A DNA stretch of 64,000 bases from the NCBI RefSeq assembly GCF_014360585.1, contig NZ_JACIXG010000012.1:3196-67195 (forward strand). The letters run 5' to 3'. The DNA comes from Nocardioides sp. (GTDB lineage Bacteria; Actinomycetota; Actinomycetes; Propionibacteriales; Nocardioidaceae). The notes under the pieces were generated by a model. The model had not been told where the DNA came from. It saw nothing but the letters and a program-made list of their open reading frames with translations, and ran no database searches. Positions 19,274 to 27,849 of this stretch are shown in pieces (positions within the stretch are counted from its first letter, which is position 1; each line of letters begins with the position of its first letter). A program made the translations under genes and the position numbers.

Positions 19274-19570
19274 ATGAGCGCTGTAAACGTGCAGGTCACA
19301 GGCCCAGGTGAGGACCCCGCGAGCCTCAGCGAGCGCGACAAGCAGATCCTTGACTTCGAGCGCCAGTGGTGGAAGTACGCAGGTGCCAAGGAAGCTGCCG
19401 TGCGTGAGGCGTTCAACATGTCGGCCACTCGCTACTACCAGGTGCTCAACGCCCTGATCGACAAGCCGGAGGCCCTCGAGGCCGACCCGCTGCTGGTACG
19501 CCGGTTGCGGCGGCTCCGCGCGGCGCGGCAGCGTCAGCGCTCGGCGAGACGGCTCGGTTTCGAGGTCTGA
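19274..19570 (+). CDS. DUF3263 domain-containing protein
   Basis: LSERDKQILDFERQWWKYAGAKE...MSATRYYQVLNALID; usual position in the otsA/otsB neighbourhood. Confidence 0.8.
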   Translation: MSAVNVQVTGPGEDPASLSERDKQILDFERQWWKYAGAKEAAVREAFNMSATRYYQVLNALIDKPEALEADPLLVRRLRRLRAARQRQRSARRLGFEV

Positions 19571-20080
19571 ATGAGGGTACGTCCTTCGAAAGGGGAGCGC
19601 GGCGTCGCGCTCCCTGCACCTGTCATCGCGCTGAGCGTGGTGGCCGTCGTCGTTGCCGTGGTCATCTTCTGGGTGACCGGGGGCGACGACGAGGGCAAGG
19701 AGATCGCCCAGGCCGGTGGCAGCCCCTCCACCTCGGCATCGGCTTCGCCGCAGGCGGCCAAGACCGAGACGAAGAAGCCGGCCAAGGCCGAGCCTTCGCC
19801 CGTCGACCGCGCCAAGATCAGCGTCGAGGTCTACAACAACAGCAACGTCGCCGGCCTGGCCGGTGAGGTCGCTGCGAAGGCGACGACGGTCGGCTGGAAC
19901 GTCGTCGGCGAGGACAACTGGATGGGCTCCATCCCGGAGAACACCGTGTACTTCCCGCCTGGGATGAAGCGCGAGGGCCAGCAGTTGGCCGACGATCTCG
20001 GCATCAAACGCACCCATCTGTCCGTGGAGGGCTCGATGAAGGGCGACCGGCTGACGGTCGTGCTGACCAGCGCTCTCTGA
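19571..20080 (+). CDS. LytR C-terminal domain-containing membrane-anchored protein
   Basis: TM anchor, low-complexity linker, ISVEVYNNSNVAGLAG....A....GW.V...DNW LytR_C pattern. Confidence 0.78.
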   Translation: MRVRPSKGERGVALPAPVIALSVVAVVVAVVIFWVTGGDDEGKEIAQAGGSPSTSASASPQAAKTETKKPAKAEPSPVDRAKISVEVYNNSNVAGLAGEVAAKATTVGWNVVGEDNWMGSIPENTVYFPPGMKREGQQLADDLGIKRTHLSVEGSMKGDRLTVVLTSAL

Positions 20081-20172
20081 GGGTTCCCGGTCGTTCTCGA
20101 CGGCGTGTGATCTGTCGCACGGCCACCCGCGCCCGGTCGGTCCAGGGGTCGTTGTCGTGTCACAGTTGATGC

Positions 20173-21033
20173 ATGGCCGAACTCCAGTCCGCGGGCACCG
20201 AAGGTGAGCAGAAGTACGCCGCGGTCGTGTCCGCTGCCGCCGAGACCCTCGTCGGGCTCGACTTCGACGGCACGCTCTCGCCGATCGTCGAAGACCCCTC
20301 TACCGCGCGGATCCATGAGGACGCCGCGTCGGTCCTGATCGATCTCGCCTCCCGGGTGAAGGCGCTGGCCATCGTGACGGGCCGCCCCGCCGGACAGGTC
20401 GTCGAGCTCGGCGGACTGGGCGCGATAGCCGACGCGCTCGCGGAGATGGGCAAGGAGATCTATGTCTTCGGGCAGTACGGCAACGAGCGCTGGAGCGGCT
20501 CGGAGCGGGGCGTCGTCGGCCCGCCCCCGCCCGAGGGGCTGGCTGCCTTCGAGGCGGCGCTTCCGGAGGTGCTCTCCGCCCATGGGGCGCAGGACGCCTA
20601 CATCGAGGAGAAAGGTCTTGCCGTCGGGGTGCACACTCGCCGGTTCCCCGACCCCGACGGACTCGCCGAGCGCCTGCTCCCGCCGCTGACCGAGCTGGCC
20701 GCCGAGCACGGGCTGATGATCGAGCCCGGCAAGCAGGTCATCGAGGTGCGCGCCCCCGGCATGCACAAGGGGCGCGCGATCGACACGCTGGTCTCGGAGG
20801 TCGCGCCCGGCGCGATCCTCTTCGGCGGCGACGATCTCGGTGACATCGAGGCGTTCGAGGCCGTCAGGGCCTGGGGCAAGACCACCGGATCGCCCACGCT
20901 TCTCGTGTACTCCCACGCGGGTTCTGACCGGGGCCCGCTCGCTGAGCTGGCCGACCTCGAGGTGGCCGGGCCGGATGGTGTGCTGGGGCTGTTGCGGGGG
21001 CTGAGCGCCGACGCAGCCGGCGCCGTCCGCTGA
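20173..21033 (+). CDS. otsB: trehalose-phosphatase
   Basis: HAD motif I LDFDGTLSPIV; TGRP; GGDDLGD. Confidence 0.88.
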   Translation: MAELQSAGTEGEQKYAAVVSAAAETLVGLDFDGTLSPIVEDPSTARIHEDAASVLIDLASRVKALAIVTGRPAGQVVELGGLGAIADALAEMGKEIYVFGQYGNERWSGSERGVVGPPPPEGLAAFEAALPEVLSAHGAQDAYIEEKGLAVGVHTRRFPDPDGLAERLLPPLTELAAEHGLMIEPGKQVIEVRAPGMHKGRAIDTLVSEVAPGAILFGGDDLGDIEAFEAVRAWGKTTGSPTLLVYSHAGSDRGPLAELADLEVAGPDGVLGLLRGLSADAAGAVR

Positions 21034-21117
21034 CAGCGAACAGGCTAACCGGAGGGAACATCCGGTTGCTCCCGGAAGTTGAGCGGGTATCACTCAACTT
21101 CTGTAGGAGGGTCCGTC

Positions 21118-23469
21118 ATGGACAAGCTTCCCGTGCTGTTCGTCTCCGACGCCGTGGTCCTGCCGGGCATGGTCGTGCCGATCGAGCTCGACGAGGCCGC
21201 GCAGGCTGCCGTCGACGCTGCCAGGGCCGGCTCGGAGAGCCGGCTGCTGGTCGCGCCGCGGCTGGGGGACCGGTACGCGACGTACGGTGCCGTCGCCACG
21301 ATCGAGCGCGTCGGCCGTTTCCGGGGCGGTGAGCCCGCAGCGGTGCTGAGGGCCGACGGCCGCGCGAAGATCGGCGCCGGAGTGACCGGGCCCGGTGCGG
21401 CCCTGTGGGTCGAGGTCGAGCCCGCGGTCGAGACCACCACGGAGCACGCGAAGGAGCTGGCCGAGGAGTACAAGCGGCTGGTCGTCGCGGTGCTCCAGCG
21501 TCGCGAGGCCTGGCCGGTCATCGACCAGATCAACCGCCTGACCGACCCGGCCGAGATCGCCGACACCGCCGGCTACGCGCCCTACCTCGACGACGAGGCC
21601 AAGCGCGAGCTGCTGGAGACGCCGGACGTCACCGAGCGCCTCGAGAAGGTGATCGAGTGGGCCAAGGAGTACAACGCCGAGTCCGAGGTCACCGACAAGA
21701 TCGCCGAGGACGTACGCGAGGGCATGGAGAAGACGCAGCGGGAGTTCCTGTTGCGCCAGCAGCTCGCCGCGATCCGCAAGGAGCTCGGCGAGGGCGAGCC
21801 CGAGGGGTCGGACGACTACCGGGCCCGCGTCGAGTCCGCCGATCTTCCCGAGGCCGTACGCGAGGCCGCACTGCGCGAGGTCGACAAGCTCGAGCGTGGT
21901 TCCGAGCAGAACCCCGAGACCGCCTGGATCCGCACCTGGCTGGACACCGTGCTGGAGCTGCCCTGGGGGGTGACCACGGAGGACTCCACCGACGTGGCCG
22001 CCGCCCGCGAGGTGCTCGACGCCGACCACCACGGCCTCGACGAGGTCAAGGACCGGATCGTCGAGTATCTGGCGGTGAGGGCCCGGCGCGCCGAGCGCGG
22101 CCTGCAGGTCATCGGCGGCCGGGGCTCCGGTGCCGTGGTGCTGCTCGCCGGCCCGCCAGGAGTCGGCAAGACCTCCCTCGGTGAGTCGGTGGCGCGGTCG
22201 CTGGGGCGGAAGTTCGTCCGCGTCGCGCTGGGCGGGGTCCGTGACGAGGCCGAGATCCGTGGTCACCGGCGCACCTACGTCGGCGCGCTCCCGGGCCGGA
22301 TCGCGCGGGCCATCAAGGAGGCCGGCTCGATGAACCCCGTCGTGCTCCTCGACGAGGTCGACAAGGTCGGCTCCGACTACCGGGGCGACCCGGCCGCCGC
22401 GCTGCTGGAGGTGCTCGACCCGGCGCAGAACCACACCTTCCGCGACCACTACCTCGAGCTCGATCTCGACCTCTCCGACGTCCTGTTCGTCGCCACGGCC
22501 AATGTCGTCGAGCAGATCCCGTCGGCGCTGCTGGACCGGATGGAGCTGGTCACGATCGACGGCTACACCGAGGACGACAAGGTCGCCATCGCCCGCGACT
22601 TCCTGCTGCCCCGGCAGCTCGAGCGTGCCGCGGTCACCGCCGAGGAGGCCACCGTCACCGACGAGGCGCTGCGTGAGCTGGCGGCGAACTACACCCGCGA
22701 GGCGGGCGTCCGCCAGCTCGAGCGGCTCATCGCCAAGGCGCTGCGCAAGGCGGCGACGAGGCTGGCCACCGGGGCGGAGCACGTCGAGATCGACCTGGAC
22801 GACCTCAAGGACCTGGTCGGGCGACCGCGGTTCACTCCGGAGTCGGCGGAGCGTACGTCTGTGCCGGGTGTCGCCACCGGACTGGCCGTCACGGGGCTCG
22901 GCGGGGACGTGCTCTTCATCGAGGCGTCGTCGGCCGACGGCTCTGCTGGATCTTCGGGGACCGGGCTCAACATCACCGGCCAGCTCGGCGAGGTGATGAA
23001 GGAGTCCGCGCAGATCGCGCTCTCCTTCGTACGCTCGCACGCTGCCGAGCTCGGCGTCGACCCGGCCGTGCTGGACCGCTCGCTCCACGTCCACGTACCC
23101 GCGGGGGCGGTCCCCAAGGACGGGCCGTCGGCCGGGATCACGATGGTCACCGCGCTCACCTCGCTGGCGACCGGTCGCCCGGTGCGCAGCGAGGTAGGCA
23201 TGACCGGCGAGGTCTCCCTCTCCGGTCGGGTGCTGCCCATCGGCGGACTCAAGCAGAAGCTGCTCGCCGCCCAGCGAGCCGGCCTGACCGAGGTGTTCGT
23301 GCCGCAGCGCAACGAGCCGGACCTCGACGACGTCCCCGACGAGGTGAAGCAGGCGCTGAAGATCAACCTGGTCAGCGACGTACGCGATGTCGTACGTGGT
23401 GCGCTCGCCGAGCCCGCCGGGGACAGCGCTGAGGTCGGGGCTGCGGTCGGGGCCGCGCACGCCGCCTGA
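21118..23469 (+). CDS. lon: ATP-dependent endopeptidase La (Lon protease)
   Basis: LON N-domain, Walker A GPPGVGKTSLG, protease PKDGPSAGITMVTAL; SD GGAGGG upstream of ATG 21118. Confidence 0.95.
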   Translation: MDKLPVLFVSDAVVLPGMVVPIELDEAAQAAVDAARAGSESRLLVAPRLGDRYATYGAVATIERVGRFRGGEPAAVLRADGRAKIGAGVTGPGAALWVEVEPAVETTTEHAKELAEEYKRLVVAVLQRREAWPVIDQINRLTDPAEIADTAGYAPYLDDEAKRELLETPDVTERLEKVIEWAKEYNAESEVTDKIAEDVREGMEKTQREFLLRQQLAAIRKELGEGEPEGSDDYRARVESADLPEAVREAALREVDKLERGSEQNPETAWIRTWLDTVLELPWGVTTEDSTDVAAAREVLDADHHGLDEVKDRIVEYLAVRARRAERGLQVIGGRGSGAVVLLAGPPGVGKTSLGESVARSLGRKFVRVALGGVRDEAEIRGHRRTYVGALPGRIARAIKEAGSMNPVVLLDEVDKVGSDYRGDPAAALLEVLDPAQNHTFRDHYLELDLDLSDVLFVATANVVEQIPSALLDRMELVTIDGYTEDDKVAIARDFLLPRQLERAAVTAEEATVTDEALRELAANYTREAGVRQLERLIAKALRKAATRLATGAEHVEIDLDDLKDLVGRPRFTPESAERTSVPGVATGLAVTGLGGDVLFIEASSADGSAGSSGTGLNITGQLGEVMKESAQIALSFVRSHAAELGVDPAVLDRSLHVHVPAGAVPKDGPSAGITMVTALTSLATGRPVRSEVGMTGEVSLSGRVLPIGGLKQKLLAAQRAGLTEVFVPQRNEPDLDDVPDEVKQALKINLVSDVRDVVRGALAEPAGDSAEVGAAVGAAHAA

Positions 23470-23489
23470 GGTGTAACACGTCGTTCGTA

Positions 23490-23523
23490 GGTCTATCCGG
23501 TCGTTACAACGACCGGATAGACC
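23490..23523. terminator. perfect 16-bp palindrome after lon, flanked by TGTAACA repeats
   Basis: GGTCTATCCGGTCGTT-ac-AACGACCGGATAGACC. TGTAACA at 23472 and 23525, inverted TGTTACA at 23535. No T-tract. Confidence 0.5.
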
Positions 23524-23637
23524 GTGTAACAGCGTGTTACAGCAGGCAGGGGAGCCCGCCCGGTCCGGATGGTGGACGCGCGGTCCGCGGAGTGGGACCC
23601 GCGTGTGCTGGCGGCGGGCTGCCTGCCGTACGATCGG

Positions 23638-23780
23638 TATTGCTCATCGAGAGGGACTGAGGGAACGGCCCTGAGAAGTCCCGGCAACCGCCACGAGCCT
23701 CCTCCCACCTGTGGGCGGGTCGTGGAAACGGTGCTAATTCCGGCCCGGCGCGAGAGACGTGATCGGGGAAGATGAGGAGG
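23638..23780 (+). promoter_or_regulatory. SAM-I (S-box) riboswitch
   Basis: P1 CTCATC (23643-23648) / GATGAG (23771-23776); AGAGGGACTGAGGGAACGGCCCTGAGAAGTCCCGGCAACC core; GGTGCTAATTCC. Matches the remembered T. tengcongensis SAM-I sequence almost block for block. Confidence 0.88.
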
Positions 23781-23789
23781 AGGTTTCTC

Positions 23790-25082
23790 ATGAGCGCTGT
23801 GACATCGGAGCCCAACGGCACGACCACGGAGAAGAAGGGTCTGCGCGAGGGTGCGTTCGGCAACGCCTCGGCACTGTCCTGCCGCGAGTGCGGCCACCAG
23901 ATCGATCTCGGACCGCAGTACGCGTGTCCGGAGTGTTTCGGGCCACTGGAGGTGGCCTATGACTTCCCGGCCGTGACCCGCGAGGAGATCGAGGCCGGCC
24001 CCCGCAACATCTGGCGCTACAAGGCGCTGCTGCCGGTGCCCGACGACATCGAGCAGAGCCCCAACACCGAGCCCGGCTTCACCCGGCTCCTGGATGCGAA
24101 GAACCTCGCCCGGGAGCTCGGCATCGAGAAGATCTGGGTGAAGGACGACTCGACCAACCCGACCAACTCCTTCAAGGACCGCGTCGTGGCTTGCGCGCTG
24201 AGCGCCGCCCGTGAGTTCGATGCCAAGGTCTTCGCCTGCCCCAGCACCGGCAACCTGGCCAACGCGGTCGCGGCCGCCGGGGCCCGGGCCGGGATCCCCA
24301 CCGTCGTCTTCATCCCGAGCAACCTCGAGCAGCCCAAGCAGGTCAACTCCGCGGTCTTCACCGACAACCTGATCGCCGTCGACGGCAACTACGACGACGT
24401 CAACAAGCTCGCTCAGGAGATCGCCTCGGAGGAGGACGGCTGGGCGTTCGTGAACGTCAACGTACGTCCCTTCTACGCCGAGGGCTCCAAGACGCTCGGC
24501 TTCGAGATCGCCGAGCAGCTCGGCTGGCGCCTGCCTGACCAGATCGTGATCCCGGTGGCCTCCGGCTCGCAGCTGACCAAGGTCGACAAGGCCTTCAAGG
24601 AGCTGATCAAGCTCGGTCTGGTCGAGGAGAAGCCCTACCGGATCTTCGGCGCCCAGGCGACCGGCTGCAACCCGGTCGCGACCGCCTTCAAGGCCGGCGT
24701 CGACGCCATCCGTCCGGTCAAGCCCGACACCATCGCCAAGTCGCTGGCCATCGGCAACCCCGCCGACGGCATCTACGTCCTCGACGCCACCCGCTCCTCC
24801 GGCGGCGCCGTCGAGGAGGTCACCGACGACGAGATCCGCTCGGCGATCGTGCTCCTGGCCCGCACCGAGGGCATCTTCACCGAGACCGCCGGCGGCACCA
24901 CGCTCGCGGTCACCAAGAAGCTCGTCGACAACGGTCTCCTCGACCCGAGCCTGGAGACGGTGATCATCAACACCGGCCACGGCCTCAAGACGCTCGACGC
25001 GATCAGCGGCATCGTCGGCCCTCGCGCCACCATCGCCCCCAACTACGACGCCTTCGAGGCGGCCGGGCTCTCGCAGGCGTAG
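23790..25082 (+). CDS. threonine synthase-family PLP enzyme with N-terminal zinc ribbon (ThrC-like; possibly homocysteine-forming)
   Basis: CRECGHQ...CPECFGPLEV; NPTNSFKDR PLP-lysine motif. Start moved to ATG 23790 (SD GGAGGAGG) because the ORF-track ATG 23772 lies in the riboswitch P1 strand. Confidence 0.85.
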   Translation: MSAVTSEPNGTTTEKKGLREGAFGNASALSCRECGHQIDLGPQYACPECFGPLEVAYDFPAVTREEIEAGPRNIWRYKALLPVPDDIEQSPNTEPGFTRLLDAKNLARELGIEKIWVKDDSTNPTNSFKDRVVACALSAAREFDAKVFACPSTGNLANAVAAAGARAGIPTVVFIPSNLEQPKQVNSAVFTDNLIAVDGNYDDVNKLAQEIASEEDGWAFVNVNVRPFYAEGSKTLGFEIAEQLGWRLPDQIVIPVASGSQLTKVDKAFKELIKLGLVEEKPYRIFGAQATGCNPVATAFKAGVDAIRPVKPDTIAKSLAIGNPADGIYVLDATRSSGGAVEEVTDDEIRSAIVLLARTEGIFTETAGGTTLAVTKKLVDNGLLDPSLETVIINTGHGLKTLDAISGIVGPRATIAPNYDAFEAAGLSQA

Positions 25083-25086
25083 GGCT

Positions 25087-25180
25087 GTTCCTTCGTCAAG
25101 GTATGCAGGTGAAGGCACGCTCCCCACGCGGAACTCCGCGCGGGAAGCGTGCTTTTCTCTGCATACCTTGACGAAGGAAC
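25087..25180. terminator. 94-nt extended hairpin with an inner terminator-like stem plus T-run
   Basis: Outer perfect 22-bp arms GTTCCTTCGTCAAGGTATGCAG (25087-25108) / CTGCATACCTTGACGAAGGAAC (25159-25180). Inner GGCACGCT...AGCGTGC followed by TTTTCT. Confidence 0.6.
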
Positions 25181-25214
25181 CGGACGTTCACATACGTCAG
25201 GTACACAAAGGAAT

Positions 25215-26123
25215 GTGAACACCGCGAAGACGAGTGAAGAGGCCAGGTGGCTCGGTATGGTCGCCGCCACTGCCGGGGTCGCCGGTGCGGTCGGTGTGGT
25301 CGGGGCGGCGGCCGGTGCCGGGTTCGTGACGTTGCTGAAGAGACAGGCCGCGCATGCGCGCGACGTGATCGGAAAACCCCTCGGCGAGGAGGCCATCGAC
25401 GCCGACAAGGTCTACAAGAAGACCTACGGTGGTACGCCGGTGGAGCTGCTCGTCCTCGGCGACTCGATCGCCGCCGGGCTGGGTGCGGAGACCAAGGGTG
25501 GCACCCTCGGTGCACGGCTGGCCAAGGGCATCGCCAAGGCCCTGCTGAGACCGGTGCGGCTGCGCACCGCTGCGGTCGTCGGGGCCGAGACCTCGATGGT
25601 CCCCGCGCAGGTCGAGTCGCTGCCCGACGACTATCGGCCGGACGTCGCCGTGGTCATCGTGGGCGGCAACGACGTCACCCACCGGGTGCCGCAGAAGGAC
25701 TCCGCCCGGGTGCTGGGCGAGGTCATCGACGCCTTGCGGGAGCGCGGCGCCGAGGTCGTTGTCGGGACCTGCCCTGATGTCGGCGCGGTCCGGCCGCTTC
25801 CGCAGCCGCTGCGCTCGCTCGGGCGCAGGATCGCCCGGCAGTTGGCCGAGGGACAGCGGGAGACCGCGCTCGCCCGGGGCGCCTACGTCGTCTCGCTCTC
25901 CGACGTCGTCGGCCCGTTCTTCATCACCAACCCCGACGAGATGTTCGCCATCGACCACTTCCACCCCAGCGCGATGGGATACAAGCGCACCGCCAAGGCG
26001 ATGCTGCCCTCGATTCTGGCCGCCCTCGGGCATGTGGAGCGGGTGCCCTTCGGCCACCATCTTCCCGAGCCCGCCGAGTCGGCGCATCCTGACGCAGACG
26101 CGGGCCGAGTCGGCTCGTCATGA
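25215..26123 (+). CDS. SGNH/GDSL hydrolase family protein, membrane-anchored
   Basis: LGDSIAAG (block I), VGGNDV (block III), DHFHPS (block V). GTG 25215 chosen, downstream of the hairpin, with AAAGGA SD. Confidence 0.78.
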   Translation: MNTAKTSEEARWLGMVAATAGVAGAVGVVGAAAGAGFVTLLKRQAAHARDVIGKPLGEEAIDADKVYKKTYGGTPVELLVLGDSIAAGLGAETKGGTLGARLAKGIAKALLRPVRLRTAAVVGAETSMVPAQVESLPDDYRPDVAVVIVGGNDVTHRVPQKDSARVLGEVIDALRERGAEVVVGTCPDVGAVRPLPQPLRSLGRRIARQLAEGQRETALARGAYVVSLSDVVGPFFITNPDEMFAIDHFHPSAMGYKRTAKAMLPSILAALGHVERVPFGHHLPEPAESAHPDADAGRVGSS

Positions 26124-26153
26124 CGCGCCGACTCGACCGGTTCAGCTAGGCGT

Positions 26154-27761
26154 CTACTCGCCGGCGTCGGTTCCGGCCTCGTCGGGGCGCTTGCCGCCGG
26201 TGCTGAGCAGGTCGGCGGTGAGGCCTGTGGCGGCTCGGTAGTCCACGGTCCCCGCAGGCGTACGCGGCACCGACTCGACCAGCAGGACGAGCTTGGGCTC
26301 GTACGACTCCCCGAGGACGTCGCGGGCGTGCTTGCGCAGGTCGGCGGCGGTGGTCTCGACCGACGGGGCCATCTGCACCAGGGCCGCGACCTGCTGGCCC
26401 CAGCGGGGGTGGGGCATGCCGAAGACGGCCGCGTCGACGACGTCGTCGTGCGCGAGGAGGACGCCCTCGATGGTCTCGGGGTGGATCTGGAGATCGCCGG
26501 TCCGTACGAGGGTGGCGGCTCGGCCGAGCAAGGTGATCGAGCCGTCCTCCTCGCGGCGGGCGAGGTCGCCGGGGAAGGTCCAGCGGCGGTTGTCGATCAG
26601 CTTGATCGCGGTGGCCGAGCGGGCGTTGTCGTTGTAGTAGCCGAGCGCCGCCGGACCGGAGCGCGCCAGCAGCCCCTCGACCCCGGGGGCTGCCGGGGTG
26701 AGGTCGGGGTTGAAGACCTGCACCTCCGGGCCGACCATGAACCGCGGCTCGCCGGGCGCGACGGCCGAGCCGTCGTCGGCACGGGACCCGGTGACGCCGG
26801 TCTCCAGGGTGCCGTAGGAGTCGACGATGACCCGGCGGGCGAACGCGTTGCGCAGGACCGAGAGCACCCCGTCGGAGAGCGGCGCCGCGGTGCTGGAGAC
26901 GCCCGCGAGCGAGCGCAGCGGCCAGCGCTTCTTGCCGGTCAGCCGCGCCGCGGCGACCGGCCGCGCCTGGGCGTCACCGAGGAGTGTGATCGCGGTCGCG
27001 CCGGTCTTCTCGGCGAGGTCGAGGAAGGCCTCCGCCGAGAACGTCGGAGAGGTGTCGAGCACCGCGGTGCCGCCGGCGACCAGCGCCCGCAGGAGCAGCA
27101 GCTGGCTTTGTCCGTGCAGCAGCGGCCCGCCGGCGAGCAGGACGACGCTCGAGGCACGGGCGGCCGCTTCGGCGGCGAGGCCCGCGACCGAGGGGATCGG
27201 CGCGTTGTGGCGGACCGTGTTCAGCGCGGCCCAGATCAGGTCCTCCTGGCGCCAGACCGCGCCCTTCGGGGTGCCTGTGGTGCCGGTGGTGAAGATGATG
27301 TGCCAGTCGCCGGGGGTGCGCCCGACCGTCGGCCGTTCCTTGGACGCCGCGGCGACCTTGGCGTCGTAGTCGGGGCCGAGGACGACCCGGTGGTCCAGCT
27401 TCAGGTCGAGCTCGTCGAGGTCGCCGGTGAACTCGGGCGAGACGATGGCCGCGACACAGTCGGTGGCGGCGTACGTCCGGGCGAGCTCGTCGCGCCGGTA
27501 GGCGTGGTTGATGTTGACCGGGATCGTGCGGGCCTTGAGACACCCGTAGAGGGCGTCGACCCACTCGATGCGGTTGGTCGCGTGGATGGCGACCTGGGCG
27601 CCCGGCTCGAGCCCGACGCTCAGCAGGTGGTTGGCCAGGCGCGTGGCACGCTCGTCGATCTCGGCGTACGTGTAGGCGCGCTCGGTGGTGATGACTGCCG
27701 GGCGGTCGGGGATGGCATCGGCCATCGCTTCCAGGATATCGGGCAGTGTGAGGGGGATCAC
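26154..27761 (-). CDS. acyl-CoA synthetase-like ANL-family protein (FadD17/FadD19-like paralogue with a variant C-terminal motif)
   Basis: GTG start (V)IPLTLPDILEAMADAIPDR parallels the paralogue N-terminus. TTGTTGTPKG present, but PRTPAGTVDY replaces PRTPVSKVDY (A10 Lys to Thr) and TGDLQIHP replaces TGGEKVFP. Confidence 0.8.
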   Translation of the reverse strand: MIPLTLPDILEAMADAIPDRPAVITTERAYTYAEIDERATRLANHLLSVGLEPGAQVAIHATNRIEWVDALYGCLKARTIPVNINHAYRRDELARTYAATDCVAAIVSPEFTGDLDELDLKLDHRVVLGPDYDAKVAAASKERPTVGRTPGDWHIIFTTGTTGTPKGAVWRQEDLIWAALNTVRHNAPIPSVAGLAAEAAARASSVVLLAGGPLLHGQSQLLLLRALVAGGTAVLDTSPTFSAEAFLDLAEKTGATAITLLGDAQARPVAAARLTGKKRWPLRSLAGVSSTAAPLSDGVLSVLRNAFARRVIVDSYGTLETGVTGSRADDGSAVAPGEPRFMVGPEVQVFNPDLTPAAPGVEGLLARSGPAALGYYNDNARSATAIKLIDNRRWTFPGDLARREEDGSITLLGRAATLVRTGDLQIHPETIEGVLLAHDDVVDAAVFGMPHPRWGQQVAALVQMAPSVETTAADLRKHARDVLGESYEPKLVLLVESVPRTPAGTVDYRAATGLTADLLSTGGKRPDEAGTDAGE

Positions 27762-27849
27762 GGCGGACACAGGGCTTCTGCGCCTTCCAATTGGTAGGGC
27801 CAGGGGTAGCGCCGTACGGCAGCGAGCCGTACGTCGGATCACCCGGTCG

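Noticed and set aside
23772-23789. ATG 23772 as the start of the ThrC-like gene.
   Set aside because: It is part of the riboswitch P1 3' strand (GATGAG) and precedes the SD. ATG 23790 has GGAGGAGG at the proper distance.
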